DNA from: Geosiphon pyriformis uo1
Taxonomy: Eukaryota > Fungi > Glomeromycota
Reading direction: 5' to 3'
Assembly (NCBI GenBank): GCA_016748015.1
Contig: JAAOMT010000151.1
Coordinates: 124,001 to 188,000, forward strand
DNA length: 64,000 bases
The notes below the pieces were generated by a model that was not told where the DNA came from, did no database searches, and was given only the letters and a program-made list of their open reading frames with translations. The position numbers and the translations under genes are program-made. Positions 48,286-62,931 of the stretch are shown piece after piece. The first letter of the stretch is position 1, and every line of letters starts with the position of its first letter.

Positions 48286-51200
48286 ATGTCGACACCACTG
48301 AACAACAAAGCAGCTGTGGAAGCTTTTCTGCAAGCTGCTGCCAACTTCCTCAGCACAAATCATTCCAATCACTTTCATAATTCTGATGGAGTAAACGATA
48401 AGCTAAACGTTGTGCTTGACGAACTCTTAACAACAAATGTAGTAACCTTTACTAATAATGAAAAAGATGTCCTAGATTTATTAGTCACTGCTTGTAAAGC
48501 AATAAACCCTGGTAATGAACAACTTGCTTCGAAAGGTAGTAAACTTTTATTCAATTTTTCCAACAAAAATCAGGTAAGGGGTACTTTCATATTGGTAAAA
48601 TTTTGAGTTCTCTTGTGAACACACCAGGTTACTTATTGTGATTTGAAAACCTCTAAGTTCATAAACATTTATTCGTCTAGAAACTCTCCTTTGGAACTTT
48701 TCATATCATTCCTTATTAATGCTTATTCAAATACCACTCAATTATCTTATAAATTGGATATACTGAGAGCCCTCAGCAAAGTCCTATTCGAGAACGGAGG
48801 CAATTGTCAAAAGGTTTTTGAATAATTATTGCAAAAAGAATAACAGCTTCATAAATAATTTCTCTCTAAGAAAGTTATTAAACAACAAAATTTGAATTGA
48901 TCGCCACAGTATCATGTCCAACTTTTGCAAATCTTACTTCCACTCGCTCACCCGAATAATTTGGAGCTTTCAAGTCGACGAATGGCTATTAATTGTTTGG
49001 GAAATTTATGTGTGAAAACTGGAAATAAATTACAAGGAAAATATCAAAATATATATGATATATGTTTAGGAAATTTAAATGCGGGTATTAGAGAGGGAGA
49101 TGAAAATTCTTCATTAAAGGTAATTTGATTAATTTATTTTCAAAATTACATGATCAATATTCTTATCAACGCTTCCAAATTATTTATATTCTATTTTTTA
49201 TTTACTTCTAAAAGGTCCTCAGTAGTACTCTTCGTGCTTTACAATTTGTAGTCACAGAAGATAAAAATATTTTAGCTGAGCCTTTTGGTGCTACGATTGA
49301 AACAATTAAAAATTATGTTTTTTTTAACGTAGGATCCAAAAATTGGTTCATAGGTAAACAAAGATTTATTAATTATTTAAATGATCGAATTTTTACATAT
49401 CCATTGAAAAATGTGACTGACAGTAAAAAATTTATCAGTGTAGATCGTACAAATATCACTCGTCTACCAATTAACTCTTATAACAAGTCATCTGTGCCGT
49501 GGCATCATGAAAAAGCTAACATTCATTCTAGTCATTCATGGATGAGCTCTGATTCCGAATTTTCTGATGGTGATTACAATCAAACTCGAAAAAAGTAGGT
49601 TCACTCCTTAAATTAATAACGCTACATTATAATAAACAAAAAGATTTTAAATATTTTATCAATTTTTTAGTAATGATGATTCTCGAATTCGTCTAAATGC
49701 ATTAGGATGTTTACAAAGCATGATTCGCGCAAGTATTTCATTATCAAATAACTTAATTGGCAATTGATTATTATTCTTCAGTATAGCTAATTTTTTTAAA
49801 AAAATTAGGCTTCTCCAAAATTGTTGTACCCTTACTGGAACAAATTTCTGCCAGATGCTCGACCCTTATCATCAATGTCACCCTCTCTCTTCACTTTAAT
49901 AGCTCATGACCCAATATTAACAGTTCGTATAGCGGCATGTTCTTGTATTACGACTTTGATCGATGGCTCCAAACAATTTTTAACCGTTGCAAATGATCGG
50001 TAAGGGAAACCGTTTTTTAATAGTCTATATTGGGAGATGGATTGATTCGATCTCAAAGTATTTTTAAACTTTTCAACTTAAGAGAAATAAAATCTTCATT
50101 CACATCACTTTCTGCTAATGTGGGCGCAATTGTTCGTGAGCTTCATTCCGAATTGATTGAAGCACTGACTGATGAACATTCAAGCGCTCTGCTGATTCAA
50201 CTATTAAAGGTATTCAAACTATGATTGTTTATAATTGTCAATATTCCATTTAAAATTGGGTTTATCAGATGTTAAAGCTTGGTAAGGATAATTTTTATCC
50301 TTACAGTGTTCCACAGCTTTAATTAACAACTCAGCTTACGAGAGACTTTCCAGTGGTTACCTTTCACGCTTTTATCATGCTGTCCTGGTATTGATATCTC
50401 ACAAAGGTTTGGTTATTTGACTTGATTTGTCTACTTGTTGAAAAAACAGATTTCATATCTATATCCCGACCTTTCCACATCTGATAGAAACACCAATACG
50501 AATTGCTGTCTTGGGACTCCTATCTGCTATTGTTGATTGCAGAGCTCGCTATGAAGAAATAGCCCTTCTTCTTCAAGAACAAATCATAAACCTAACAAAT
50601 TTCGACAAACAAAGCTCTAATGAAATACCTGCTCCGGTCAACTTACTGATTTACCTCATTAAATTGATTGGGAATACTATGGAGCCTTCATCTTTACGAA
50701 TTGCGGGTTGGGGTTTATTGTGTGTCTGTGCTCGGATGCATTTATCAATCTTATGGTAAGTTTTATTTTTAAAATCTGACTTTTAAAAGCCTGCTTGGCT
50801 AATTTGATTATTACTACAGTCCCTTATGGCCACAGTTGAATATTCTTATAACTTCTGATCTTAAAAATGATGATGTCAATATTCGTACTGCATCCATGAA
50901 ATTTCTTGAAGAATATGCCAAAAGTGCTGCCGCTCCCGAATTTGAGGATCAAAATTCTTTTGAAGATGAAGCGATAATCGTAGGATCCTTAACTATTTTT
51001 TTTTGCATAAAAAATTTATTTATATCTTAAATTTCTAATAGGTTCATCCAGAAGAGAAATTGCTCATGCCAGGATTGTTAAAATGGTGGACGGATACATT
51101 AGATAACCATATTCAAATGTCTTCCTTTGACACGTGTCACGCTGTTCGTGCCTTAACTTGTGACTCTTTATATCATATGCCATATGCCATATTCTCTCAA

Positions 51201-52647
51201 CTGCCGGTTAGTTATAATAGTAGTTCGAAATCTTTGAGCAGGTTTTTTTCAAGCATTTTATCTTATAAATTTTAATTCAGCCAGAGCGAGCCTTGTACTC
51301 TGTAACATTATTACTACGATTTGGATCTGATGAAAGCCCAAATGTTCGAGCTTCTGCTTGTCGTGCGTTGGGTGGTTTTATACTTTTTCCTCACCTTCAA
51401 GAGGTATTCGATTCACGCTATGCTGATATGTTAGATCGAAGAGACGATCGCAATTAAACTTTGTATTTTTAAAATGATAATCCTATAGGACACTAATTTT
51501 GCAACGGATATGGCATTTTCAGTCATCCAAAATATGTCTGATGTAAATTTATTGGTTCGTCTTCGAAGCAGTTGGGCGCTGGGTAATCTTTGTGATGCAC
51601 TAGTATTAATAAGGTCTGGAACTCTTATTTGATTATAATTTAAAATGCTCTTTGTTTCAAGACTGATTTTTGTTTCCTGTGATTGAAATAGTTTGAGAAA
51701 TAGTGCACAACTCAATTCAGGAACTATACTCGATTTCCTGACGGACCATATGTGGATTAAGATAGTCAAAGCAGGTCTTGCTGGCTCTAATGACAACGAC
51801 AAGGTATAATCTAGATATATGTTTCTCGAATTGTGTATAAATTTAATTAATTCGTAGTGTTTTGAATAAATCCTGATTTAATGATAATATAGATTCGACC
51901 AAACGCTGTTCGAACACTAGGGAGCCTTATGCGAATCAGTCCACGAGAGTTCTTGACGAAAGAACAGACTGGTTTAGTCAAAGACGTAGTTATGACCTTA
52001 ATTAAGAATTTTGAACATGGATCCTTAAAGGTAACATAAAACCTACTTTGAATCTACTCAATAAAGATTTGATTTGATTTAATTTCTTTAAACTATCGTT
52101 CTTAAGATCCGTTGGAATGCATGTTATGCAGCTGCAAATATGCTTCGAAATCAAGATTTTCCTATTGGGTTCAATCATTGGACTTCCCCACTTTACGATT
52201 CATTAACAAAGGCTGTTAGATCTGCAAAAAATTTCAAGGTCCGAATCAATGCTTGCTTAGCCCTCTCAATTCCTACTAAGCGGGAAAATTTTGGGGATAT
52301 GAAGATGTTTTGTAAAATATTTGAAGCCATCGTTCTAGCTTTGGAAAATGTGGATAGTATGGGAGAGTCTAGTTTTCAAGAGTTCAAATACCAAGAGCAA
52401 TTGAGATTACAGGTGAATTTTCTACATTGTGAAAATTGTTTTTTAATATTCCCCTTTCTCAAGGCATCTCGCTATTAAACTTTTCTAGTTATTGGAAACA
52501 TATCAACATCTAGTATTATTGGCGACACCACAAGATCAACTTTATATTCAATCTTTTGTTCAAAGGGCATCAATTTGTTCAGCGTTTAACAAAGATAAAA
52601 TAGTAGTTATGACTCAAGATTCCGTATTTGACGCTCAAGTCCCATGA
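48286..52647 (+). CDS. HEATR6: HEAT repeat-containing protein 6 (DUF4042), multi-exon
   Basis: SSDSEFSD, RIRLNAL, YW..FLPD..SLFT...DP...VR, DGSKQFL, FTSLS, RWNACYA and NFKVRINA. Confidence 0.88.
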
Positions 52648-52760
52648 ATAATACGCAAAACAACAAATTTCTAATTAAAGAAAGTGGAACCACTACCTTT
52701 TGAATAGTCATAATTTGACAAACTTTCGACGGCTTAAGAAAGAAAAATTTTCATTTATTT

Positions 52761-54575
52761 TCACCGTTTTTTCTCTAATGAAGCTAGAAGGGAAAGGAGA
52801 GTTTTTTTCATAAAAGTTTTTGTCTTACCTGCAATCACTTTTATAAAGTCTAATTCGTCGATAATTATATTCCCATGTTTTGTTATAAGCAACATTATTA
52901 CTTGTGCGAGTTTCTTATTTTCTGGTTTTGATTCAATATTATAATTCAGGCTGGATAAAAACTTTTGTAAGGTTTCTTGATCATCCAGGTGAAATTTCTT
53001 ATTAAAAATTGCAACAAAGATTTCAATAGTGGAATCGGACCAGATCTCCTCTGAAGAATTTGAGAATGTAGAAGACGACGATGCCGCTCCATCAGAAGTA
53101 AAAGGGATAGGGTTTCCACTGGAACCAAATGTGGAATGGCGGAAAAATTCCCTAGAGGGCACAAAAAATTTATTTGATTTTTTTCTATTAAAATGCAAGA
53201 GATCAGAGGAATGAGGAAGCTTACTGCAAAAAAAACAAAACATTGGCATCGGTCAAAGCCTCATTAATTATCCGGATTATCACATCTAGCTGAGGCCGCC
53301 CTATTTTTCATTTGTTGGAGTAATGGGATTTTTGATATTTTTGAAATTTTCTTTGAAAAATTAATTTTACCGATTTCAACAACAGATCTTAACAAGGGCA
53401 GCAATAATCCATTTATCATTGGCTTTCCGTTTGCCTTTGCGATGTTCAGTATGGTGCCCAAGAAATTACGTGAAGGGGTTGCTGTCAAGTTAAAAACCTA
53501 GAAATTTTGTAGAAATGAATCCGGAACAACCCGACCACGGTTTTCAAGCTAAATAAAAGGAATGATAATATTGGAAAAATGATCTTGTACCTTTTTGAAA
53601 AAAGCGGCCTTTATCAATAAAATTTGATTTTGATATGCAAGATCCTCGCCTTTGATCAGTTCTTGTAAGAAAGAATCAAAAACCTCCTCTCTCATGAGTG
53701 TGAAATCAATCGTTTCAAACATTATTTGAACCTTTTCAAGGAGAACAAAGAATTTTTGAAGAAAAAAGAATAAAAGTGACAGATGAGTTGCAACAAGAAT
53801 ATTTACCTCGACATAAGGCATTTTCATCAACGAACCAATTTCTTGTAGAAAATCAATATAATCACCACTAGTTTTAGCAATTTTTGAGTTCACAATTCCT
53901 GCAAGTTTTTGGAGCTCCGATGCTCTTTGAGATTGTTGTCGCTTATTTGGCAACGATTCATCAAGTATTTGGCCTTGATCACTTTTTGTCTCTAGAAACG
54001 TCAGAATGTATATTAATGGTGATCGTGAAGAAGAGTAAACTGGCTTTTTCTTTTTAAAAGATTTCTAAAGAAAAATTATTATGAATTTAAAAACCAAACC
54101 AATTATCGAATCATCAATAAAGTTTGGGGAGCCCCAGTTAAGCTTGTTACATTTTCTACGTTTACGCCTGTTGACGATAATCTCACGAGAAATGTAAAGA
54201 TATCATTTAATGTCAATCAAGGAAAATATAAATCAATTTAGTAATCCTTTTTGCTTTAATTAACCCATTTTCTTCAAGGATATAAAAATGGGTTCTTCTT
54301 TTTTCCCCTCAACAAAATTTGACGTTACACCTTTAATTAAGAAGTATTTTTTATGAATTTGTGGTTTCCCATAAATGAATGACTGAGGGCAATAAGGTAT
54401 CAAATATTTAACCTGTAAAGGAAACTTCTTGTAAGCTGATCAACCAATTTCTTATACCTTCATCATCAACTCCAGACAGCTCAACCACAGCCTGTCCACA
54501 CTGAAAATATTTCTGATGCCTACAAAGTTTTTCTTTCCAACTTTGAAAAAATTCTGAATTCCGAGGATGGAGCAT
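52761..54575 (-). CDS. FANCE: Fanconi anemia group E (FANCE)-like protein, multi-exon; start uncertain
   Basis: C-terminal PSRNFLGTIL..LLLPLL, WSDSTIEIF and KLAQVIMLLITKH..KTKTFMKKTLL resemble the FANCE C-terminal domain. Confidence 0.7.
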
Positions 54576-54838
54576 TTTGCCATGAACCAAAAGAATTATC
54601 AATTTATAATGACTCTTTGCAACTGAAATAAGTCTCTTACTGATAATTCGCTGATCTAAAATATCAAATATAAGCGTTTTCAAAGCACAACTATTTTGAA
54701 TATTCTCTTGCAATGAGTGTGATCCATAAATTAGAGAGCACAATTGTTTGTCGAAAAAACTTGGGTCTGAAATTGAAATACAAAATCCATGACCTATTCA
54801 ATGAATGATTCACTGAAATGAGATCATCAAATTGCTTG

Positions 54839-56393
54839 CTATCTCTTTTTTAATTTTCCACGATTTAAAGCCTTTTTCCTACTGCTCATCTCTACCCTTT
54901 TAATATCTTGGGAACTTAAAGTGAGTATCCCTTCTTTAATTTTTCCAATACCCAAACCAATTCCTCGGTCCCTATTAATAGTTTTCTTTTTGGCCGATGC
55001 GGCCCAGTTGTCTTTGATGGAGTGGTGATACAGGCCGAGATTTTTAGCCTGTTATTATTATTATGAAGGAATTAAATTTGAAACCTTCAAATTTTTGGGA
55101 AAAATTATTGTTTAAAGTACCTCTTGAAGTTCTTTAGAGTCACGCTCCCTCTTCTTGTTCAGCAATCCAAGTCCTATGGGCGTTGGAATTTTGTCATTCT
55201 TCGGTGGCTAATTGTGCCAATGTGAAAATATATATTGATTATGAAGCTGAATAAAAATAAGAAATGTAATAATTTTTCAGGAACAGTGATAAGGCTTTTT
55301 CACACGGCGATTGGGTGTGACTGACTAGAATTAAGGGAAAAGAGCCAATCACAATTCCCTCATCTTGAGAAACTTAATATTCACCTTTGCTCCGAGAGCG
55401 ACCATTTGATTTTGCTTGTGTTTTCGAAGATCTTTACCAGATAATTGTTCAGCAGCTATAAAAATACAATGGTGTTTCTAGCGTTCATAATACAGTCAAG
55501 GTTTTGAAATCATAAATGGCTTACTATATCGTTCCAATAATTTGGTAGTTCGCAATAATTCCTCCAGCTCTGCGTCGTGACGCTGGTTAAGCCTTTATTA
55601 ACAAATAAATAAATAAATAAAAAAAGGATTCATAACTGATATTATTTCGTATACCATATTCATTAAAGATCCTTATAATAAATTGTACTTACTTTTCCTC
55701 TTCTAATTCATTTGTAACAATTGTTGATTTATTTGCTATATAGTCTATTTTTGAAACCTTAGATGACTGAGAACAAATATAAATTGTCGCTCAATGAAAA
55801 TTTGGTATTTCTGGTTTATTATGAAATAAAAATTGAAACTTAACTGACCAAAAATGCCCTCCATCCGTAAACATTAGTGCTAGTACTTGCTCGATCCTTC
55901 CTAAAACTCGCATCATCAAAGACAACTACCTCTGGCAATGTATGTTTTTCATATTCAACAGCTGCAAATTGATCTTCTCCCTCCTCACTTCTCACCTCCA
56001 AACCAACTTTGGGTTCCGAATCAAATTTATTATAGTCTTTGATAGTTTTTTTGTCCGCAATCTTCTTTTCCTTGTTCTTTAACGCCTCGATAGACTGTGA
56101 GTTGAAACTTGATGTTTTTTTGGGACGGTTAGTTCCCTCAAAGTCTATTGTAGAAGTGAGGCCTAAGGACGCCATAAAGAAGTCGCCATGCACCTTTAAT
56201 TTAGCAAAATCTTCCCGCTTTTTGTTTTCATCTTCCATGCACTCGGTCTCTTTACTTTCAGCTCTTTCAAAGGAGTTGAAATTAGAAAAAAAATTGTTTA
56301 GAAATAATGTCCACTGAGAATGTCAACTTAGGCTTACTGTGTCTCTTTGGCCTCACTGATTTTGAGTTTTCTTCTCTTTGCGGGAGAAACCAT
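54839..56393 (-). CDS. FAF1: Faf1/C1orf131-like 40S biogenesis factor, multi-exon
   Basis: PEVVVF, RAFLSSKV, D.ELEELL, LGAK.PK..KIP and RDRGIGLGIGKIKEGILTLSSQDI. Confidence 0.75.
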
Positions 56394-56750
56394 TTTTAAA
56401 CTTGATTGAATAAATTTTCCTTGACATAAGCTAGCTGCCTAGATCCCACTTAAATTTGTTTACCAGTTTAATAATAAAAAGATCAAAAATCTTTTCCTGA
56501 CCATCAGCATTATAAATACTATTGACAATTTAATCATCTATGATGTAAAACGCAGCAGAAAAAGGATAACCTGATCCTAAAAGCAATAATGTACATGTAA
56601 ACTTCGTTACTAACAGAAAAAAGATGATTTATCTCATAAAACAAAAAACTTGTGGGATATTCAAATTTTTTTGACCCAAGATGGGAAGAAACCAAGCATA
56701 TAGTTTTATTAATTATATCGCTGTATCGTGTAATGCTGAGTACTATAAGA

Positions 56751-59700
56751 TCAAGCAGATGTTAGAGTCACTTTGATCTGAGAACAATCGAGAACTCGAT
56801 ATTTGCTCACCTTGTCTTTGCAATGATAGTGAACAACTACTCCGTTAGGAAACACTGCAAATACGCTAAAATAATTTATAACGGAACATTATTTCAACTT
56901 CTTATCAAGGGGCTAAAGAAACTTAAAAAAACTTTCAAACATACCTGTGCCCAATGCGTCTCGTACACTGAGGACACATACGATCCTCATCAATTTTCAC
57001 TCTCCGCGATCGATAAAACATTAACTGTTCTTGGGCCTGAAGCAATCAGATAGTTATGTTTTTATTATCAAAGATAAAAAACCATACTGCAAAAAATCAG
57101 TGAAAGCATTACTTGCCTGAAGTTGGTCGGCCTTTAATAGATTTTTTACAATCATATTCATATTTCTATTTCGATTACTTTCTCGCATGTATTTTTCTAC
57201 GAACCCATATAACTGGGACACCTTGATTTTAGGTGGCAACATAGCTAATGCCTAAAAACACATGGTTTGGGTGATAAATTATTTGTATTGATCAGTGAAA
57301 ATATACATAATTTCTTGAGTGATCTGCATTGATGAATTTGAGGATCAGATAGTGATAAATTCTAACCTCAGAAGCATTCACATGTGTTCCATGTCGTGAT
57401 AATAATCGTAACGCAGGCTCTATCATCACTGCTTCCCCATTGCTTGGATGCAAATATACTCGAAGCAAGGATAAAAAGACACCCTTGACGGCATCTTGGG
57501 AGTCGTTATACTTCTTGATGCAATATCTATTTCATAAAATATAAATAAAGGTAAGCGGTCGGATCAAGAGTTACTAAAATATCTTACAGACACATACTCC
57601 TCTGCCATCTTTTCATCTCTTAATTTGTGTACATAAATATGTAAAGCCTGGTCATGTTGTCCAAGTCGATCGAGTAATTTTGCCCTCGCTGGGAAGCAAT
57701 CTGCAATAGAAATTTATTTTCAGAAATACGATCGGGCTTATGGCATTTTGAAAGCTACAACTCGAAAAAGGAACAAATACCATCAAGTGGTAGGTGACCC
57801 AAGATTTTCTCGGCTCTATAATGGACAGAATCATCCAAGAAACTCAATAATTTTTTGTCGGTTTCTTGAAGGGTCTTCAATAGATCAGAATCTGGGAAAA
57901 GAGGCTCATTTTAATTTCACACTAAAGCACCTACAAGTTGTGTGATTAAAATGAAACTTACCTGCACTATTTTTACTAACAATTTGCCTACTTAAACTTC
58001 GAGATTTGTTTAAATATGCCATTATCAGTTTGTTATGAAAATTCGAGGTTTGGTCACCAAGCTCATTTATGATATGTTCCAAAAAGGTTATACATAAATC
58101 AGGTGAAAGTTGTTCCAAATATTTCAGAACCCGATCTCGGGGTAAATTTTTGACTTCCGGATGATCGTCGATAAAAATCTGTGCAAGTCAAACGAAATAA
58201 TTAAGTATAGTTTTATTAGTAACCGATACAAGGCCAAAGAGAAGTTTTACCTCCATTCCTTCAGCTGGGTTTGCCTCCAAGACCCAAGAGGCAAACTCTA
58301 ATATCAAATCAAAATGATCTATCCCAAGTTTTTGCAAATAGATTATACTGTAAAAGGTGCCTTTCATAGGCCCTTCCTTAGCTTGTCCTAGCCTAGATAT
58401 GAGTAAAGATTTCATGTTGAGAATTGAAAGCATTAGACAAAAAAATGTCGGATATTAAAGCTTGAATTAAAATCTTAAAGAATTAAAATATTTTACATTT
58501 TGAGTAACTCCAACGATTTTCGATGTAGTCCCTTCCCGTGATATAAATCAACAAGCTCCTTATATTTCTTCCGAATTTTATTTTAAATTAGTGAAAAATG
58601 GTGAAACTTAAGATTAATGCGAAGATTTCAAAAGCTCATATTCTCCGTTTACCTTGCGTTCCAACAAGAGTCCCTCGCTCTCCCCGACGTTGCAATGATT
58701 TGGAACTCGAAGAAGGGAACCAACCAAGCCATCATTAGTAATCATGTATGATTTCAGTAACGCTGTATCCACCAATTCGGCAGCCCGAATAATATTATGC
58801 ATCTCTACATTTATAAGATTATTTGAAGATGGTGGCGCCGGGGGTGTTGACTCGTTTGTTCGTTGCATTTGCTGAGAATGGAGAATTTTTGATATTTTCG
58901 ATCTACGATCCGTCAGAAATCTTATCAATGCAGATACCGCCTCTCCAAGCAATTTGCCCTCTGTTTAGCAAAAAGTCAAGTCCATTAAATAAAGATAACG
59001 TGAGGATGAATGAATAAGCAGAAGAGAGATCGCTTTACGCAAAGACCCATTCAATTGAGAATTTTTATGACTACCTAATTTACTCTCATTTTTTTCAGTT
59101 TCTTTAACAACGGTTTCAGCTTCCGAGAACTTTTCATCATCGTGAACAGAGTTCAGACTATGGGAGTCAACATCCGTGTCTGCCACAGGTAATTTCAAAC
59201 TTTGAATCCCGTTTCCATGAATTTTTTCACCTAGCTTGTCAGCTGTTTCTTGATCAATCTCCGTATCGGACTCCCCGGATATAGATGGAGGATACAACGC
59301 TATTACTTCAGCAGGATCTGTTTCTAGTTCCTGAAATGTGGTGATTGCTTCGTCAAATTTATGCTGACGAAATAGATGGTGGGCGTACAAATTCCGAATT
59401 TGTTTGAGTTTCGCCTCCTGTAAATGATGTAAAAAGCACCACCTGAATAATAATAATAATAATAATAATTATAATAATAAAATGAAAACATATTGACTTA
59501 GAATAGCCTTACTTTATCATCTAATAATATAGGTTCAATTTGTTCCGTTAAACTTATCGCTTCGTCGTATTCTACTTTTTCAATCAACTGATCAATCTGA
59601 AATGAGAAAAGCAAAATGGGCTCAGCCATAAGAAAATTTGTCCCATTTTTGGGAGCATTACAACCAACTAAAAGTAATATATATTGATTTTGAGGCAAAA

Positions 59701-61319
59701 TAGTGATACCTGTTTTTCAAAATTATAGGGAATGAACCGCCACACAGTGTTATTGTTGGCAATGTACAAATATTTCCCTGCATTAATAAGTCGAGCTTGT
59801 GGAAGTTCAACTGTTTGTACTAAAGTTTGCGTCGCAATGTTTCGGACCTCCACATGCTTTGGCAGAATGGCAATAAGATAAGGATACGAGTAGCCTTTGA
59901 AAATATCCTATTTTAGTTATAATAATTGGGGAAATCTCTTGATTTAAAAAATCGAAAACGGACCTACCTATTTCTTCTGGCATTCCAGACCAATCGATAC
60001 CCACCCTTCGCGTCGGAGTTCCGTCCAAATCAACAAAAATGCTCATATCTGAGACATGAATAATAATGAAATTGCCACAAGACTAAAGTCAATTGAGAAT
60101 TATTTTACCGTTTAGATCCCGTCAACTTTGATGAAAATTACATTAATTAATTGCCATCAAAGTGACGGATCCAAAACGGCGAGATTTAATAGATGTAGCC
60201 CACACGCACATTTCCAAATACGCACTATCTTTCGCCAAAAGGATCTCGTTATTTGGTAACTTGGTCACCAATGGTTTGCTCACTTTTGTCCCAATAGACA
60301 TTCCCATGTATCCCAAACCATATGGTCCAGAACTAGGTGCGCTTGTGGGAGCAAAAAGCTCCGTGATAGTCCCGGAGATTGTGTCAATCAATGCGTATTC
60401 ATTTGTCAATCCAAGACAAAGCTTTTGAGAGCTAACCCAAGCCATGGTTTGAATTTTGTCAGGGAGTATAGGCAATTCCTGAGGTTTAGGAGAATTTGAA
60501 ATGATCAAACAGCCAAAATAAATTTTTAACATGAGAATTAGATTTACAATCATAATCAAAACGCGTCCCATCATAATTCTTTCAAACCCAACCTTTGTGT
60601 CAGTAAATTCCATGTCGCGCCATGTAAAAACAATTAATTTTCGTCTAACTCCCACGGCAAGTCGCGTAAAAATCATTGGTATTCCTTTGCTTCCTTCATC
60701 CTGACTTATCTCGATTTTCGTATCGATAGCGAATATATTAGCACCGCGAGTCTTGGTAAGTTGCCTTTGCAGTGCAAAGGTGTGCAGATCGAATATATTG
60801 ACGTAGCTATCTTATGGTATGAAAAACACCGACCCGAATATTGTCTCAAATGATCTTTACTGGAATCTCTCTCAAAATTTCCATATAATCCCTTTTATTG
60901 GTATATTTAACTCACCCGCAAGTGACACAAGAACTCCGATTTCTTTTATAATATCCAATTGGACTATTGGCTTTTTTGCAAAATTTTTGTAGGTTTCTGC
61001 AAGTCTCACATCTAGCGATTCCTCACCTAATAAGAGCAGCAATGGCAAAAGAGTCAGGGTCTTGTTACGCTTTTAAAAAGAATTAAGGGGGTTTAAGCAC
61101 TACCTAAAGGATCGGAAACTTCATATACAGCTAAGCTTCCAGTTGAGGCCCCCACCAGCAACTTATCGCCTTGGTAAAAAAGAAAGTTGTCAATAAATTG
61201 CAAACGGCAAAAATTAAAACTTCCAAAGTTATTAATAATATCAAACCATAAGCCAAAATGGACTCAATTTTAGAATGAAATTTGTCAACTGCAACGGAAA
61301 CTTTGAAAGCCTCATGCAT
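56751..61319 (-). CDS. VPS39: Vam6/Vps39 HOPS subunit (CNH, Vps39_1, clathrin repeat, Vps39_2 zinc finger), multi-exon
   Basis: MHEAF..IES, VDTALLKSY..LVGSLLRVPNHC, HNKLIMAYL and CPQCTRRIG..SVFAVFPNGVVVHYHC. The last exon boundary is uncertain. Confidence 0.92.
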
Positions 61320-62085
61320 TTTGGGTGACAAGGAGTTATTATGTTAATAGGAAAAGCGAGAAATTACATGTATAATCAATCCATAAATTTTGAATTAAAA
61401 GGCTTTGTTTATTAATTAATGCAGCATTTCGCCTGATGTCATAGCGGCTCACTGCATTCGGCCCTAAAGCCCGATTGATACTTTTCCGATTTACTTTAAT
61501 TTTAAGAATTTATACACCAAATAAAAATTCAATCCTAATTAATACTGCTTCAATCCTCCTTGGCATTTAGGCAATAACCTCTTTTGAGAACAGAGGTATC
61601 GAATTTCCTCCATTCCTCCTATAAGTTCGATCACAATTGGATTTAAAAGTCTGGCGAGTTAAAATAGTTATTCCCGTAGTATGAATCAGGCGCATTATCT
61701 TGGGTAGATTTCAAATGACACCTTAATTGGGCATTCTAAAATGGGAACAAGTTGGTTTTTAATCAAAATTGGTATTGATTTACAAAATACAATATGTAAA
61801 AATAATATATATATATATATATATATATAATATTGATTTTTTCAAGAAATGTATTATTCAATCAATCAACTATTTGATTATTTAAAAAACAATTTATTTA
61901 CTTTAAACAAAAGATGCAATATTTACAATATATGTGTAATATGTTAAAATTAATTAAAAAAAAACAAAAAAATTAAGTAACATTAAAAAATAATAAATAT
62001 TAAAGATTTTATTACAATAAACAAGTTGGTTATATGTTATAAAAAAAAGTAAAAATTATAAAAAAACAATTTATATTTATATTTA

Positions 62086-62086
<1 letters not shown>

Positions 62087-62176
<90 letters not shown>

Positions 62177-62228
62177 AATATTATTATTATTATTATAAAT
62201 ATTATTATTATTATTATTATTATTATTA
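62087..62228. repeat. (ATT)n microsatellite
   Basis: Directly visible. Confidence 0.95.
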
Positions 62229-62449
62229 AATTTATATTTAATCAACATATTAAATTAAAAAAAAACATAAAAATACAATTATTAATTTGCATAAAATTAT
62301 GTTTTGAATTTTAAATAAGTAATATTTTAAGTATTTTAAACAAAATATAATTGATTAAAAATTAATTTTTTGAATTTCCAAATTAAAAAAAAAATGTATA
62401 AACAATTAAATTAATTAATAAATATTTTATTTTAAAAAATTATATTTTA

Positions 62450-62893
62450 CCATTTCTTTTACATATTTCTCTGATTCAAAAAAATTGTATTATTTCAGGA
62501 CTCTCAATTTTAAACTCTTTACTTATCTGAAATTTCTGATTTTTAGGCTTTTCCTTAAATCGCCAATATATCTGGTTAAGTTTATCCAACTCCAGGTGAA
62601 CTTCCTTGGCGGTAGGACGATTCTCAGGATTAGCATCCCAACACTTTACATTTATTTCGGCAATACAAGGTGGAATAAGGGGAGAGGTAATTTCAGGTCT
62701 AATACCCTTATAAACAATATTAAATATGAGAGTATTATCAATGAGGACGGTCATGAAAAGAAGGTATTCCTGTTGCTAATTCCCATAATAACATGGCAAA
62801 ACTATAAATATCACTCTTTTCTGTAAACTTTTCTCATCTGAAAACTTCTAGTAGAATGTATGGAATCACTCCAAATATTTAGTTTTTCTCCTC

Positions 62894-62931
<38 letters not shown>

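Noticed and set aside
62030-62248. Poly-Asn ORF
   Set aside because: It is the translation of an (AAT)n microsatellite.
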